Source: an uncultured Spirochaetaceae bacterium
GTDB lineage: Bacteria; Spirochaetota; Spirochaetia; DSM-27196; PWMO01
Length of the DNA stretch: 64,000 nucleotides
NCBI GenBank assembly: GCA_964631585.1
Contig: CAZVXU010000001.1
Coordinates: 170 to 64,169 of the forward strand
Direction of reading: 5' to 3'
Each line of letters opens with the position of its first letter. Position 1 is the first letter of the stretch. The position numbers were made by a program, and so were the translations under genes. Of this stretch, positions 1-10,340 are shown one piece after another. Below the pieces are notes generated by a model, which saw only the letters and a program-made list of their open reading frames with translations, ran no database searches and was not told the DNA's origin.

Positions 1-110
1 CTCCCCATCCCACCCCTTCTAATTCAAGCATTTACGATACGGGAAGCGCTGCGCTATATTGTGGGGAAGCCCGCAGGCGCGGTGCGTCTGCACGACTACA
101 CGGGACGGCT

Positions 111-548
111 GTGAAAGAACGGGACGAGTTCTATTCCGACGGTTTACGCTTCCACTGCACACGGTGCTCCATGTGTTGCCGCTTCGACACCGGCTTTGTG
201 TTTCTCTCGGAGACCGATCTCAGCAGGCTGGCGGCAGGACTGGGGGAATCGATGCAGACCGTCTCTGAGAAGCACTGTAAGCGGGTGGAGCTCGGCTTCG
301 TTTCACGTCTGAGCCTACGGGAGCAATCGAACAAGGACTGTGTGTTCTGGATCGACGGCGAGTGCTCGGTCTATGAGCACCGCCCTCTGCAGTGTCGCAG
401 CTACCCGTTCTGGCCGGCGCATCTCGGCTCACGTCCGGAGTGGGACGAGCTCGAGCGCGAATGTCCCGGCGTGAACATCGGTGCCCGCCACTCCGCCGCT
501 AGGGTCCGCGAGTGGCTGACTGCGCACGAACGCGATTTGCTTCTGTGA
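111..548 (+). CDS. YkgJ-family cysteine-cluster protein (UPF0153-like)
   Basis: 145-aa ORF with a GTG start. The Cys cluster CTRCSMCC plus downstream CVFW..GEC..LQCRSYPFWP matches the CxxCxxCC YkgJ family. Confidence 0.7.
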   Translation: MKERDEFYSDGLRFHCTRCSMCCRFDTGFVFLSETDLSRLAAGLGESMQTVSEKHCKRVELGFVSRLSLREQSNKDCVFWIDGECSVYEHRPLQCRSYPFWPAHLGSRPEWDELERECPGVNIGARHSAARVREWLTAHERDLLL

Positions 549-558
549 AGGGTAGACC

Positions 559-1500
559 ATGACCATTCGCTTCTGGGGAGCCCGCGGCTCGCATCCTCGT
601 CCCTTGCTTCCGGAGGAAGTCCGAAGCAAGATTGCGAGTGTGGTGCAGCGCATCCGGACCGTCGACCTCGAATCGACGGAGTCCCGCGAACGCTTTCTCG
701 CCTCGCTCCCTCCCTGGCTTTTCGGTACCACCAGCGGTAATACGCCATGCGTTGAAGCCCGCCTCTCCGAGGGTAGCGTCGTCGTCTTCGATGCGGGAAG
801 CGGCATACAGGCCCTCTCCGCCGCGATGCAACGGGATCACCGGGATGTTCGCGAGTTTCATATTTTTTTCACCCACTTCCACTATGATCATGTGCAGGGG
901 CTGCCGTTCTTCGCACCAGCCTACAACCCGAATGTGAAGGTGACCTTCTACAGCCCGCGCCAGGAGCTGGAGGACAATCTCAAGCAGCATATGCAGCATC
1001 CGTACTTTCCCATCACCATGGACGAGAAAATGAGTAATCTGGAGTTCGTAGTGCTGGGAGAGGAGCCGATGCGCTTCGGCAGCGCGGAGATAACCTGGCG
1101 CGAGCTCAATCATCCCGGCACTGCTTTCGGCTATCAGATCCGGGAGCACGGGAAGACACTTGTACACGCCACCGACGTCGAGCTGCTGGAAAGCGATTTC
1201 GAAAAGACTCCCGGGAACACGCGTTTCTTTCAGGGAGCGGACATGATGATCCTGGATACCCAGTACACGCTCGGCGAGGCCATCGAGAAGTACAACTGGG
1301 GTCACACGAGCTTCAGCCTCGGCGTTGATTTCGCGACGGCGTGGGGAACAAAGCGGCTGTACCTCTTTCACCACGAGCCGCAATACGATGACAAGAAGCT
1401 GCATAAAAACCTGCAGTCGGCACGCTGGTACGCGAACCGACTTGGAAACACCACGCTGCAGATCTATCTCAGCGAGGAGGGCACGGAGGTGGAGGTATAG
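559..1500 (+). CDS. MBL-fold metallo-hydrolase (PhnP/RNase Z-like)
   Basis: 313 aa. Carries the HxHxDH metal motif (THFHYDH), an N-terminal IRFWGARGS signature and a late HTS/HHE ligand region. Confidence 0.85.
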   Translation: MTIRFWGARGSHPRPLLPEEVRSKIASVVQRIRTVDLESTESRERFLASLPPWLFGTTSGNTPCVEARLSEGSVVVFDAGSGIQALSAAMQRDHRDVREFHIFFTHFHYDHVQGLPFFAPAYNPNVKVTFYSPRQELEDNLKQHMQHPYFPITMDEKMSNLEFVVLGEEPMRFGSAEITWRELNHPGTAFGYQIREHGKTLVHATDVELLESDFEKTPGNTRFFQGADMMILDTQYTLGEAIEKYNWGHTSFSLGVDFATAWGTKRLYLFHHEPQYDDKKLHKNLQSARWYANRLGNTTLQIYLSEEGTEVEV

Positions 1501-1505
1501 AACCC

Positions 1506-1715
1506 ATGGCCCACCGTCTAGACGATGTTGAGGTGCGACTCGGCGGGAAGCCCGTGGTCGGTCTCTATCTCTTCCTCCGTGAACATGAGGAAGAGCTCGA
1601 TACGAATACCCTCGGGGTGCTCAACACCCTCGAGCGCGTGCTGTTCCACCACCTGTCGATCGACGAGATGGAAGGGCTCGAAGAGTCCTACCGTCGGCAG
1701 GAGGGGAAAGCCTGA
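1506..1715 (+). CDS. hypothetical small protein (69 aa)
   Basis: The ORF fills the gap between the MBL hydrolase and the OmpA-family gene. GGAGGT lies about 10 nt upstream. I recognise no family. Confidence 0.4.
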   Translation: MAHRLDDVEVRLGGKPVVGLYLFLREHEEELDTNTLGVLNTLERVLFHHLSIDEMEGLEESYRRQEGKA

Positions 1716-1759
1716 TATTGCATGCGAAACGCGCTACGATCTTTTATCTGGAGATGTAC

Positions 1760-4700
1760 ATGAAGAGGATATGGACCCTTGCAGCCCTTGCGCTGATTCT
1801 TGCCGTTCCGGCCGCCGCTCAGTACGATCCGCCCGCCGGCGGAGACGACAGCTATGAGCTGATCTCGCCGCTGTTTCTCGGTGGTGGATTCTCCGTTACA
1901 AGCGACGAAAGTCCGACCGGCAACCTCATGAACCCGGCCGTCTCGGGTCTCGAACAACGAGTCACGCTTGATGCGAGCTACATCGGCGTGACCGGATTCG
2001 GAGACGCCGCGGACAATGAGGGCTGGCAGGGTCACGCCGCCAACCTTGGCGCTACGATTCCGTCTCGCGTCGGCGTGTTCTCCGGGATGGTTCAGTTCCT
2101 CGGTTCCGATCTCGCGGCAATGGACCTCGGGTCGACCTTCCTCGGCCATGCGTCGTTTTCCAAGGACCTATACGACGATATCCTCGTCGGTACCGGTCTC
2201 AACTTTCGCGTCGGTGGCGACGGCGGGATCGATACGGGGCTCACCGCCGATCTCGGCGTGCTTCATCTCCCCGGCGATCTCGGGTTCGCCAAGGACTTCC
2301 GGTGGGGCGTGTCACTTCTGGGTATGGGGCTCCCATACACGCCCGTCGACGGACGGAGCTCGGTGCCGTCGATCTTTACGCCCGCTGTCGGTGCACAGTT
2401 TGCCCCGATTCAGGCGGAGGACGTGGAACTGGTGGTTCGAAATACCGTCAGTGCCCCTACCTTCCAGAACCTGCGCATGAATCTCGGCGCGACGCTCAAC
2501 ATCGCCGACCGGGTATCCGTGTTCACGAGCGTGCGGGGTGATGCTCGTCGTCTCCTGGACGGGAGCCTCGAGCACCGCAGCTTCATTCCGTCTGTAGGTA
2601 TTTCGGTGAACTTCGCGACCGACTTCGCCAAGAGTGAGAGTTTCATCTCCGATCGCGAGTGGAACCAGAGCGAAGTGCGCACCCGGATCACCGCGGCGCC
2701 ACTCTACGAGGGCACATGGGCCTTCGGGGCCGGGGTAAACGCTCCACTCGGCGTAGTGGACCGCGATCCGCCCGAAATCACGGTGGACTACGAGGAGACC
2801 GCCTACATCTCTCCGAATAACGACGGGACCCTGGATGCGCTTCGGCTACCGATCAGCATCGGGGACGACCGCTACGTCCGCGGTTACACGCTGACCATAC
2901 GTGACGAATCGGGCTCGGTGGTACGTACCATCGAGAACAAGGAGGACCGCCCGGAGAACGAGGGGGTCCAGAATATTCTCCAGAGGCTCGCGGCGGTGGA
3001 GTCCGGCATTCCCGTGCCGGAGAGCCTGCGCTGGGACGGCACGTCCAATGAGGGCTCCGTTGTCCCCGACGGCACCTACACCTTCGTTCTTTCAGCGGTT
3101 GACGACAACGGCAACCGGGCTCAATCCGAGGAGCAACAGGTCGTCATCGACACCACCGATCCCGAGATCGAGCTCGTGAAGCCGACGCCGGAAGACCGTA
3201 TCTTCTCGCCGAACGGTGACGGAAACAAAGACGAGTTTCCCCTCGCTCAGTCGGGCAGCACCGAGCAGCTCTGGGAGGCCCAGATAGAGGACGCCCGTGG
3301 CACCGTGATCAAGACCTGGACGTGGGAAGAAACGTCACCCGAGACCCTGTCCTGGGACGGTACTAACGATGCCGGCGAGTTCGTGCCCGACGGCGTATAC
3401 AGTTACACCGTGACCAGTACCGACCGGGCAGGCAACGCCACCGAGGAGACACTGGAGAACATCATCCTCGACACCCAGCCGACACCAATCCGCATGACCA
3501 TCGACTCGGCCTTCTTCTCGCCCAACGACGACGGGGTGCAGGACACCGTGACGCTCCTGCCCGATGTTCCCGTCACCTCCGGGCTGGAGCGCTGGGGCGT
3601 CGACATCATCGGTCCCGACGGAGAGGTTGCGCGCCGCTTCTCGGGGCTGCGTACGCCGCCGCAGCGCATCGCCTTTGACGGGGCCGATGCGGCCGGCGAC
3701 CGGCTGCCCGAGGGTGAGTATCGCGCGGAGCTCCGGATCGTGTACCAGAGTGGCAATCAGCCGGAGGCGACCTCCCCGTCATTTACCCTGGACGTCACGC
3801 CGCCGCGTGGCACCGTCCGGGCCAACTTCGAGGCATTCTCCCCGAACGGTGACGGAAACCGTGACGTGATCACCTTCGACCAGGAGACGTCGGTCGAACA
3901 ACTGTGGGAGGGCCGCGTTACGCGGGCGGACGGTGAGGTCGTCCGGACATTCACCTTCCGCGAAACCGCGGACCTCAGTACCAGCTGGGACGGCCGACGG
4001 GCCGACGGTCAGCTTGCCGATGACGGCCGCTATGCCTATCGCCTCGTCGCAACTGATCGCGCCGGAAATACCGGCGGCTCCCGGACCGTGGAGTTCGTGC
4101 TCGATACCGAGGAAGCGGAAGTTCTGCTTTCCGCCGAGTACGAGGCCTTCTCGCCCAACGCGGACGGCACACGGGACCGTGTGCAACTCTTCCCGCAGGT
4201 GCAGGAGAACCGCAACGTGGAAAGCTACACGTTGACCATCGAAACCGAAACCGGGGCGGCGGTTCGCACCATAAACGGTACCGGGCCGGTTGAGGGGGCC
4301 TTCGTCTGGGACGGATTCACGGACGACGGCGAGCGCGCCGACGACGATCGCTACCGGGCACTCCTTGAGGTCTCCTATCGCGACGGGGACCTCATCGAGG
4401 CGACCACTTCCGCGATACGTCTGGACACGAGGTATCCGCGGGCGGAGCTGGCAGCAGGATATACCCTGTTCTCTCCGAACGAGGACGGCAACAAGGATAT
4501 CGTTCCTATCGAGCAGTCATCCTCCACCGAAAGCCTGTGGGAGGCACGTATCGTGAACTCCGACGGGGAAGCGGTGCGCACCTGGTTCTGGAAAGAGACG
4601 CTCTCCGATGTGGAGTGGAGCGGCCGCGATGATTCGGGCAACCTGGTGCCGGACGGGACCTACCGATACGAGGTCACCGCCACCGACGCGGCGGGAAACA

Positions 4701-5782
4701 CCACCACTGAGACACTGCCGGGCCTGGAGGTGGACACGCGTCGTACGGCGGTCTTTGTTACCGTCGATGTCACGGGCTTCTCGCCCAACGGCGATGACTT
4801 CCGCGAGGCGGTGACGATTACGATGTATACCAATCTCCTCGACGGCGTCGAGTCCTGGACCCTGGATATTCTCGACGATACGGGTACACCGGTGCGCACC
4901 TTCGAGGGCGATGCCGCTCAGGCAAGCTCGGAGGTCATCTGGCGCGGCGTTGACGCCAACGGTGACATTGTGGAAGGGGAGTATACCGCCCGCTTCGAGG
5001 TGATATACGCAAAGGGCGACCGGCCGAGCGGGGAAACCACACCCTTCAGGCTCGACGTCACGGCTCCAGAGGTGGAGGTCGATCTCGACCCCGTCCCGTT
5101 CTCTCCTGATAACGACGGAGTGGACGATGAGCTTTCGATCGGTATCAGCGTGGAGGATGAAAGCGACATCTCGACGTGGCGAATGCGGGTACTCGATCGC
5201 GAGGGGAACTACTTCACCGACTTCTCCGGTGAGGGTGAGCCTGCCGAAGAGATCATCTGGGACGGGCGCGCCGCGAATGGGGAGCTCGTCATCTCAGCGG
5301 AGGACTATCCCTACATACTCGAGGTGACCGACGTACTCGGAAACACCGCGGTGACCGAGGGCGCTATTCCCGTTGATATCCTGGTGATTCGCGACGGCGA
5401 CAGGTTGCGCGTGCAGATAGCGAGCATCACTTTCGCGCCGAACAGCCCGGAGCTCATAACAGATACATCGACCGAGCGCGGGGCGAGGAACGCAGCGATC
5501 CTCTCGCGGCTGGTAGAGGTATTCGCCAAGTACGACGACTACCGCATCCGCATCGAGGGACACGCGGTAAACATCACCCAGACCGAACGCGAGGAGGTCG
5601 AGGAACTCGAGCCCCTCTCCGAGGCACGAGCCGAGGCGGTGAAGACCGCGCTTGTGGAGCGAGGTATGAGCGAGGACCGCATCTCCACGCTCGGGCGCGG
5701 TGGACGCGATCCGGTGGTTCCGCATACGGATCTGGACAACAGATGGAAAAACCGGCGGGTTGAGTTCATCCTGATCCGATAA
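1760..5782 (+). CDS. OmpA-family envelope protein with eight FlgD-Ig-like modules
   Basis: The track ORF is 1718..5782. I start it at the internal ATG at 1760 because MKRIWTLAALALILAVPAAAQ reads as a signal peptide. It contains eight ~105-aa modules with FSPNxDG...WDG...G.Y..(T/A)D.AGN motifs. The C-terminus (RIEGHA...NRRVEFILI) is an OmpA/MotB-like peptidoglycan-binding domain. Confidence 0.85.
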   Translation: MKRIWTLAALALILAVPAAAQYDPPAGGDDSYELISPLFLGGGFSVTSDESPTGNLMNPAVSGLEQRVTLDASYIGVTGFGDAADNEGWQGHAANLGATIPSRVGVFSGMVQFLGSDLAAMDLGSTFLGHASFSKDLYDDILVGTGLNFRVGGDGGIDTGLTADLGVLHLPGDLGFAKDFRWGVSLLGMGLPYTPVDGRSSVPSIFTPAVGAQFAPIQAEDVELVVRNTVSAPTFQNLRMNLGATLNIADRVSVFTSVRGDARRLLDGSLEHRSFIPSVGISVNFATDFAKSESFISDREWNQSEVRTRITAAPLYEGTWAFGAGVNAPLGVVDRDPPEITVDYEETAYISPNNDGTLDALRLPISIGDDRYVRGYTLTIRDESGSVVRTIENKEDRPENEGVQNILQRLAAVESGIPVPESLRWDGTSNEGSVVPDGTYTFVLSAVDDNGNRAQSEEQQVVIDTTDPEIELVKPTPEDRIFSPNGDGNKDEFPLAQSGSTEQLWEAQIEDARGTVIKTWTWEETSPETLSWDGTNDAGEFVPDGVYSYTVTSTDRAGNATEETLENIILDTQPTPIRMTIDSAFFSPNDDGVQDTVTLLPDVPVTSGLERWGVDIIGPDGEVARRFSGLRTPPQRIAFDGADAAGDRLPEGEYRAELRIVYQSGNQPEATSPSFTLDVTPPRGTVRANFEAFSPNGDGNRDVITFDQETSVEQLWEGRVTRADGEVVRTFTFRETADLSTSWDGRRADGQLADDGRYAYRLVATDRAGNTGGSRTVEFVLDTEEAEVLLSAEYEAFSPNADGTRDRVQLFPQVQENRNVESYTLTIETETGAAVRTINGTGPVEGAFVWDGFTDDGERADDDRYRALLEVSYRDGDLIEATTSAIRLDTRYPRAELAAGYTLFSPNEDGNKDIVPIEQSSSTESLWEARIVNSDGEAVRTWFWKETLSDVEWSGRDDSGNLVPDGTYRYEVTATDAAGNTTTETLPGLEVDTRRTAVFVTVDVTGFSPNGDDFREAVTITMYTNLLDGVESWTLDILDDTGTPVRTFEGDAAQASSEVIWRGVDANGDIVEGEYTARFEVIYAKGDRPSGETTPFRLDVTAPEVEVDLDPVPFSPDNDGVDDELSIGISVEDESDISTWRMRVLDREGNYFTDFSGEGEPAEEIIWDGRAANGELVISAEDYPYILEVTDVLGNTAVTEGAIPVDILVIRDGDRLRVQIASITFAPNSPELITDTSTERGARNAAILSRLVEVFAKYDDYRIRIEGHAVNITQTEREEVEELEPLSEARAEAVKTALVERGMSEDRISTLGRGGRDPVVPHTDLDNRWKNRRVEFILIR
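2765..5392 (+). repeat. tandem array of ~105-aa FlgD-Ig-like coding modules (8 copies, alternating A/B subtype)
   Basis: The FSP[ND]xDG motif recurs at nt ~2810, 3203, 3515, 3836, 4148, 4469, 4778 and 5099. Spacing alternates between 104 and 107 aa. Confidence 0.8.
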
Positions 5783-5813
5783 CCATGGTGGAGTCGAACA
5801 CACAGAGGGCGCG

Positions 5814-7571
5814 TTGAAGATAGCCAAACACGTAATCGATGAAATCGCCCGCAAGGTCGACATCGTGGACGTGGTGGGTGACTATGTGTCCCTCAAAAAG
5901 CGCGGTGCGCGCTACTGGGGCCTTAGTCCATTCACGAGCGAGAAGACTCCCTCGTTCAGCGTGGAACCCGAGAAGCAGCTCTACTACTGTTTCTCCAGTG
6001 GCAAGGGGGGCAGCGTTTTCCAGTTCGTTATGGAAATGGAAGGTCTGTCCTTTCCCGAGGCGGTTCGCGCCCTCGGCGAGCGGGCAGGAGTCAGCGTAGA
6101 GGCCGGCGAATCCGACGAGGAGTCGCGCACCCGCGATGCACTGAAGGAGCTCAACACGCGGGTCGCCGGCAGCTTTCGCCACATTTTTCTGAACTCCGCG
6201 GGCGCGGAGCCGGCCCGCCGATACATGCGCGGACGCAAGATCTCCGAGGAGGTGCTCGATCGCTACGAAGTCGGCTATGCGCCGGCGGACCGGCGGTGGC
6301 TGTTCAATTTCCTTCGCAAGAAGCAGTACTCGCCGCAGTTTCTCGCCCAGACCGGGCTCTTCTCGCGGCAGTACCCCGAGGTTACGCTGTTTTCCGACCG
6401 TGTAATGTTTCCCATACATACCCGGGGAGGGCAGGTGGTGGGCTTCGGCGGCCGACGTCTCGGCGAATACGGCCCCAAGTACATCAACTCGCCGGAGTCG
6501 CCGATATTTCGAAAACGGGACGAGCTCTACGGCCTCTATCAGGGTATTAAGTCCATACGCGAACTGGAGGAGGTCTATCTCTGTGAAGGCTACATGGACG
6601 TGCTGGCCCTCGCGCAGGCCGGCGTGGAGAATGCGGTTGCGCCGCTCGGGACGTCCTTCACCGAGGGGCAGGCCAGGCTGATCAGGCGCTATGCGGGCGT
6701 GGTGATCCTCCTCTTCGACGCCGACTCAGCCGGGCTCGATGCTGCACGGCGCGCGGCCGAGATCCTCGAGAAGGCAGGCATCGAGGGACGTGTCTGTCAG
6801 CTGCCCGCCGACCAGGATCCGGGTGATATTCTGGAGAAGGAAGGCGCCGAACAATTGAAAAAAAGGCTGACTTATACTAAAACCTTGGTTGATTATCTTG
6901 TGGAACGCGCAATAAGTCGGACGAATATCGACACACCGCGCGGCAAAGAATTTGTTCTGCGGGAGGTTTTCCCATATATTAGGAGCATCGGGTCGGCGGT
7001 GCGGCAGGAGGCAGTATTACATCTCGTAGCCGATACGCTTGGTGCGGATCGTGATGCTGTTGAACGTGACTTCCAAGCGGGGCGTAAGCATGCATCCGCG
7101 TACGCGAGTCGACCTGCCGAGCAGTCAATCTCATTCGATCTCTACCTCATGCTTGCAACGGTTGCGAATCGAAATCTTTTTTCCTTCGTACGAACGGTAC
7201 TGAACGTTGAGGATTTCCGGGACGATCGCGCACGTGAGGTATTCGTCGCTCTCGAGGAGTGCTTTCGCGCAGGGGAGCAATCGACAGAGCTACTGCTCGA
7301 ACGCATCGAGACCGAGGATCTGCGACGAGTAATCGTCGAGCGTGTTTCCTCCGACGAGTTCGCGCTGAATGGTGAGGCTATCATTCGTGATACCTCCTAC
7401 AGGATCAAGCAGCGCAACCTCCAGGAACGACGAAAACGCATCGAAGCGCGGTTGCGTCGCAGCGATACAGCCGATGATGCCGAGGAGATGGAGCTGTTAC
7501 ATGAACAGCAGTATCTCGACGCCGAGCTTCGAAAGCTGAGGGTGCTTATTGATGACAGAGCTGCAAAATGA
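5814..7571 (+). CDS. dnaG: DNA primase DnaG
   Basis: 585 aa with a TTG start. The N-terminal primase ribbon region reads EKTPSFSV...[16 protein letters not shown]-like motifs are EGYMDVLAL and LLFDADSAG. It lies immediately upstream of rpoD. Confidence 0.9.
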   Translation: MKIAKHVIDEIARKVDIVDVVGDYVSLKKRGARYWGLSPFTSEKTPSFSVEPEKQLYYCFSSGKGGSVFQFVMEMEGLSFPEAVRALGERAGVSVEAGESDEESRTRDALKELNTRVAGSFRHIFLNSAGAEPARRYMRGRKISEEVLDRYEVGYAPADRRWLFNFLRKKQYSPQFLAQTGLFSRQYPEVTLFSDRVMFPIHTRGGQVVGFGGRRLGEYGPKYINSPESPIFRKRDELYGLYQGIKSIRELEEVYLCEGYMDVLALAQAGVENAVAPLGTSFTEGQARLIRRYAGVVILLFDADSAGLDAARRAAEILEKAGIEGRVCQLPADQDPGDILEKEGAEQLKKRLTYTKTLVDYLVERAISRTNIDTPRGKEFVLREVFPYIRSIGSAVRQEAVLHLVADTLGADRDAVERDFQAGRKHASAYASRPAEQSISFDLYLMLATVANRNLFSFVRTVLNVEDFRDDRAREVFVALEECFRAGEQSTELLLERIETEDLRRVIVERVSSDEFALNGEAIIRDTSYRIKQRNLQERRKRIEARLRRSDTADDAEEMELLHEQQYLDAELRKLRVLIDDRAAK

Positions 7572-9342
7572 CCCGGCGATGCTGAAGCTCATAGATTACG
7601 CCAAGAATAAGAGCAGTATCAGCTACGACGAGGTGAATGACTTCCTTCCCGATTCGGTTGTGAACTCGGAGAAGATTGAGGAGGTTATCGGAATATTGGC
7701 CAAGCATAACGTTACGCTTGAAGAAGAAGATGTATCGGTAGTCGAAGAGGACGAGGAGACGACGGAGGAAGCCGGCGCCGACGGAGACGGCGAGGCGGAA
7801 CCAGAGCCCGAACCGGAGGCCAAACACGAAAAGACGAAGAAGAAGCTCATGATGGGCGAGAAGGACAGCGCGGTCGACGACCCGATCCGCCTCTATCTCC
7901 GGGAAATCGGCAAGGAAAACCTTCTTACCGCGGAGCAGGAAGTCGAGCTCTCCAAGAAGATGGAGGAGGGCGAGAACATCATCAAGCGGGTTATCAAGAA
8001 CTCCGGAATCCTGATCCCGGAATTCTTTGACCTTGCCCAGCGCGCCTTTTCCAAGCAGGACCCCAAGGAGCTGAACCTCACCAAGAAGGAGATCTCTGAG
8101 TTTCTCGCCGAAAGACGACGGCTCTCGCAGTTCTACCGCGAAGCTCTGAAGGATCTGCTGCCCGATCTGCGGGGGTATATCGAGCAAAAAGAGAAGGTCA
8201 TCGCCAAGGGTGGAGAACTCTTCGAAGACAAAACCCTCGCCAGGAAGCGACGCGACCTCATGAAGAAGCTTCACGAGGTGGAGATCCATCAGGAAGAGAT
8301 ACTCTACTTTTCTGATCGATTCATCAGCGCAGCCCGCAAGATCCGCAAGTACCGAAAGGAACAGGAGCGCATCGAAAAACGTCTTCGGGTTTCGAACCTC
8401 CGGGAGCTTCGGAGTCTTGGACGGGGGCTTGCCGTGACGGCTGAGCGCATGCGGATCGAGGAAGAGCTTGGACTGAGCGCCGACCAGATCAAGGACAAAA
8501 TCCGCCAGATACAGATCACCGAAAAGAAGCTTAACAACCTGGTAACCAGTTTCGAAAACTCGATCGACGAGATTCTCGAAATGTCGGAGGAAATCACCCA
8601 CGGCAAGGAGATGATGCAGAACGCCAAGGATCGCCTCATAAAGGCGAACCTCCGGCTGGTGGTGAGCATCGCCAAGAAGTACACGAACCGTGGTCTGCAC
8701 TTCTTCGACCTCGTGCAGGAAGGGAACATCGGCCTCATCAAGGCGGTTGAGAAGTTCGAGTATCGGAAAGGATACAAGTTCTCAACCTATGCCACATGGT
8801 GGATTCGACAGGCGATCACTCGGTCCATTTCCGACCAGGCGCGGACGATCCGCGTGCCCGTGCATATGATAGAGCAGATCAATAAGGTCGTGCGGGAATC
8901 GCGGCAGCTCATGCAGATGCTGGGTCGCGAGCCCAACGATGAGGAAGTAGCCGATCGCCTTGGCTGGTCGGTCGCGCGAGTGAAGTCGGTCAAGAATGTT
9001 GCGCGGGAGCCGATTTCCCTCGAAACGCCGATCGGCGAGGAGGAAGACTCTCTGCTCGGTGACTTCATCGAGGACAAGGATGTGGAGAATCCCGCACACC
9101 AGACCGCCTTTACGCTCCTTCAGGAGCAGCTGCAGGGGGTCCTCGGCACGCTGCCCCCCCGCGAGCAGGAAGTTCTCAAGATGCGTTTCGGGCTCGAGGA
9201 CGGGTACTCGCTGACGCTCGAAGAAGTCGGCCTGTACTTTAACGTCACTCGCGAGCGCATCCGCCAGATCGAGGCGAAAGCGCTTCGCCGGCTCAGGCAT
9301 CCAAAGCGTAGCCGGCGGCTCAAGGACTACCTCGACCAGTAA
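7552..9342 (+). CDS. rpoD: RNA polymerase sigma factor RpoD (sigma-70)
   Basis: The ATG is at 7552, 3 nt inside the track's TTG. Region 2 reads [19 protein letters not shown] and region 4.2 reads [20 protein letters not shown]. The N-terminal insert is acidic. Confidence 0.95.
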   Translation: MTELQNDPAMLKLIDYAKNKSSISYDEVNDFLPDSVVNSEKIEEVIGILAKHNVTLEEEDVSVVEEDEETTEEAGADGDGEAEPEPEPEAKHEKTKKKLMMGEKDSAVDDPIRLYLREIGKENLLTAEQEVELSKKMEEGENIIKRVIKNSGILIPEFFDLAQRAFSKQDPKELNLTKKEISEFLAERRRLSQFYREALKDLLPDLRGYIEQKEKVIAKGGELFEDKTLARKRRDLMKKLHEVEIHQEEILYFSDRFISAARKIRKYRKEQERIEKRLRVSNLRELRSLGRGLAVTAERMRIEEELGLSADQIKDKIRQIQITEKKLNNLVTSFENSIDEILEMSEEITHGKEMMQNAKDRLIKANLRLVVSIAKKYTNRGLHFFDLVQEGNIGLIKAVEKFEYRKGYKFSTYATWWIRQAITRSISDQARTIRVPVHMIEQINKVVRESRQLMQMLGREPNDEEVADRLGWSVARVKSVKNVAREPISLETPIGEEEDSLLGDFIEDKDVENPAHQTAFTLLQEQLQGVLGTLPPREQEVLKMRFGLEDGYSLTLEEVGLYFNVTRERIRQIEAKALRRLRHPKRSRRLKDYLDQ

Positions 9343-9355
9343 TAAGGAGCATAGA

Positions 9356-10321
9356 ATGATTCAGGACACCATCGACAAACTGAAAACTCTCCAGGACGTC
9401 CTCTCGCGGAAGTTCGAAATCGAGGCGGAGATCAAAGACCTTCCGAAGGCGCTTTCCACCAAGACCGAGCTCCTCAATCGAATGAAGAAGTCCTACATCG
9501 AAAAGAACAACCAGTACGACGAAACCAAACAGCGCATCACCGACCTCCGCGAGAAGATGGAGGCGGCCGAGCGTGAGCGCGAAAAGTACGAGCAGCAGAT
9601 GGACCTTATCCAGACGCAGCGGGAGTACGAGGCACTGGACAAGGAGATTCGCGAGGCTTCCGAACGAGAACAGTCGCTGAGGAAAGAGTTGCAGAAGGAA
9701 ACCAAAGTGCTCGAGGAGATGTCGGAGGAGCTTTCCCGGGAAGAGAGCCTCATCGAGCAGCAGGAGCAGGAAGTCCAGGAGGAGCAGGACAAGATCAAAG
9801 ACGAAACGGAGGCCAAGAAGCGTTCCCTCGATGAGCTCGAAGAGGACGAGAAGAAACTCGTTCCTGGCCTCGATGAAGAGCTGATCTTCAAGTTCAAGCG
9901 CATTATCCGCAGCAAAGAAGGCGAGGGTATCGTTCCGCTGAAAAAAGGTGTCTGCACAGGATGCCAGATGATCCTGCCGAACCAGTTCGTGAACGACGTA
10001 CAGCGCGGTGACCAGATCCTTTTCTGCCCCTACTGCAGTAAAATCGTATTCTACGTCGGCGATGAGGAGTCCGAGTACACCGAAGAGGACTCAGAGAGCC
10101 TCGCCGATGTCGTGGAGTCTTTCGGTAACGAAGATCTCGGTATCGAGGACGTGCTCGATGAGGAACCGCTCGAGATGGGCGATGCCGAGGCGGACGAGGA
10201 AGTCGAGGAAGAGGAAGAGCTCGAGCCCGACAGCGATGAGGAAGTCGAAGAGACCGAGGAAGAGGACTACGAGGAAGACGACGACGAAGACGAAGACGAG
10301 GACGAAGAGGAAGAAGATTAG
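9356..10321 (+). CDS. COG1579-type C4 zinc-ribbon / coiled-coil protein with poly-acidic tail
   Basis: 321 aa with AAGGAG upstream. A long Glu/Lys coiled coil is followed by two CxxC pairs (CTGCQ...CPYCS) and a ~70-aa Asp/Glu tail. Confidence 0.8.
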   Translation: MIQDTIDKLKTLQDVLSRKFEIEAEIKDLPKALSTKTELLNRMKKSYIEKNNQYDETKQRITDLREKMEAAEREREKYEQQMDLIQTQREYEALDKEIREASEREQSLRKELQKETKVLEEMSEELSREESLIEQQEQEVQEEQDKIKDETEAKKRSLDELEEDEKKLVPGLDEELIFKFKRIIRSKEGEGIVPLKKGVCTGCQMILPNQFVNDVQRGDQILFCPYCSKIVFYVGDEESEYTEEDSESLADVVESFGNEDLGIEDVLDEEPLEMGDAEADEEVEEEEELEPDSDEEVEETEEEDYEEDDDEDEDEDEEEED

Positions 10322-10340
10322 AACAGCGCCGAGATCCTGT

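Noticed and set aside
1690-1760. A TTGCAT upstream of the OmpA-family gene, considered as a sigma-54 -12 element for the nearby enhancer-binding protein.
   Set aside because: The nearest GG lies 14-15 nt rather than 11-12 nt upstream of the GC, so the GG-N10-GC spacing fails. I found no other convincing sigma-54 promoter in the intergenic regions.
6841-7260. A noticeably AT-richer patch inside the 3' third of dnaG (one 60-nt line is about 35% GC by hand count), considered as a recombination or HGT mosaic.
   Set aside because: The following rpoD and zinc-ribbon genes are also less GC-rich and Lys/Glu-rich. The drop is gradual, and the reading frame and DnaG C-terminal domain remain intact. 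Composition alone is not enough to support the idea.
7546-8700. A 384-aa minus-strand ORF opposite rpoD. Similar long antisense ORFs occur at 499..1404, 16004..17230, 24278..25906, 26664..27629, 41605..42852, 55592..56799 and 62920..63849.
   Set aside because: Each is antisense to a gene with strong family signatures (MBL hydrolase, rodA, sigma-54 activator, rpsA, HEAT protein, nusA, mutS). None carries recognisable motifs, and stop-codon depletion on the opposite strand of GC-rich genes explains them.
10195-10320. A highly repetitive GAA/GAC/GAG tract that looks like a simple-sequence repeat.
   Set aside because: It is in frame and encodes the poly-acidic tail of the zinc-ribbon protein. 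It is irregular rather than a true tandem repeat, and it has no spacer/repeat structure of the CRISPR type.
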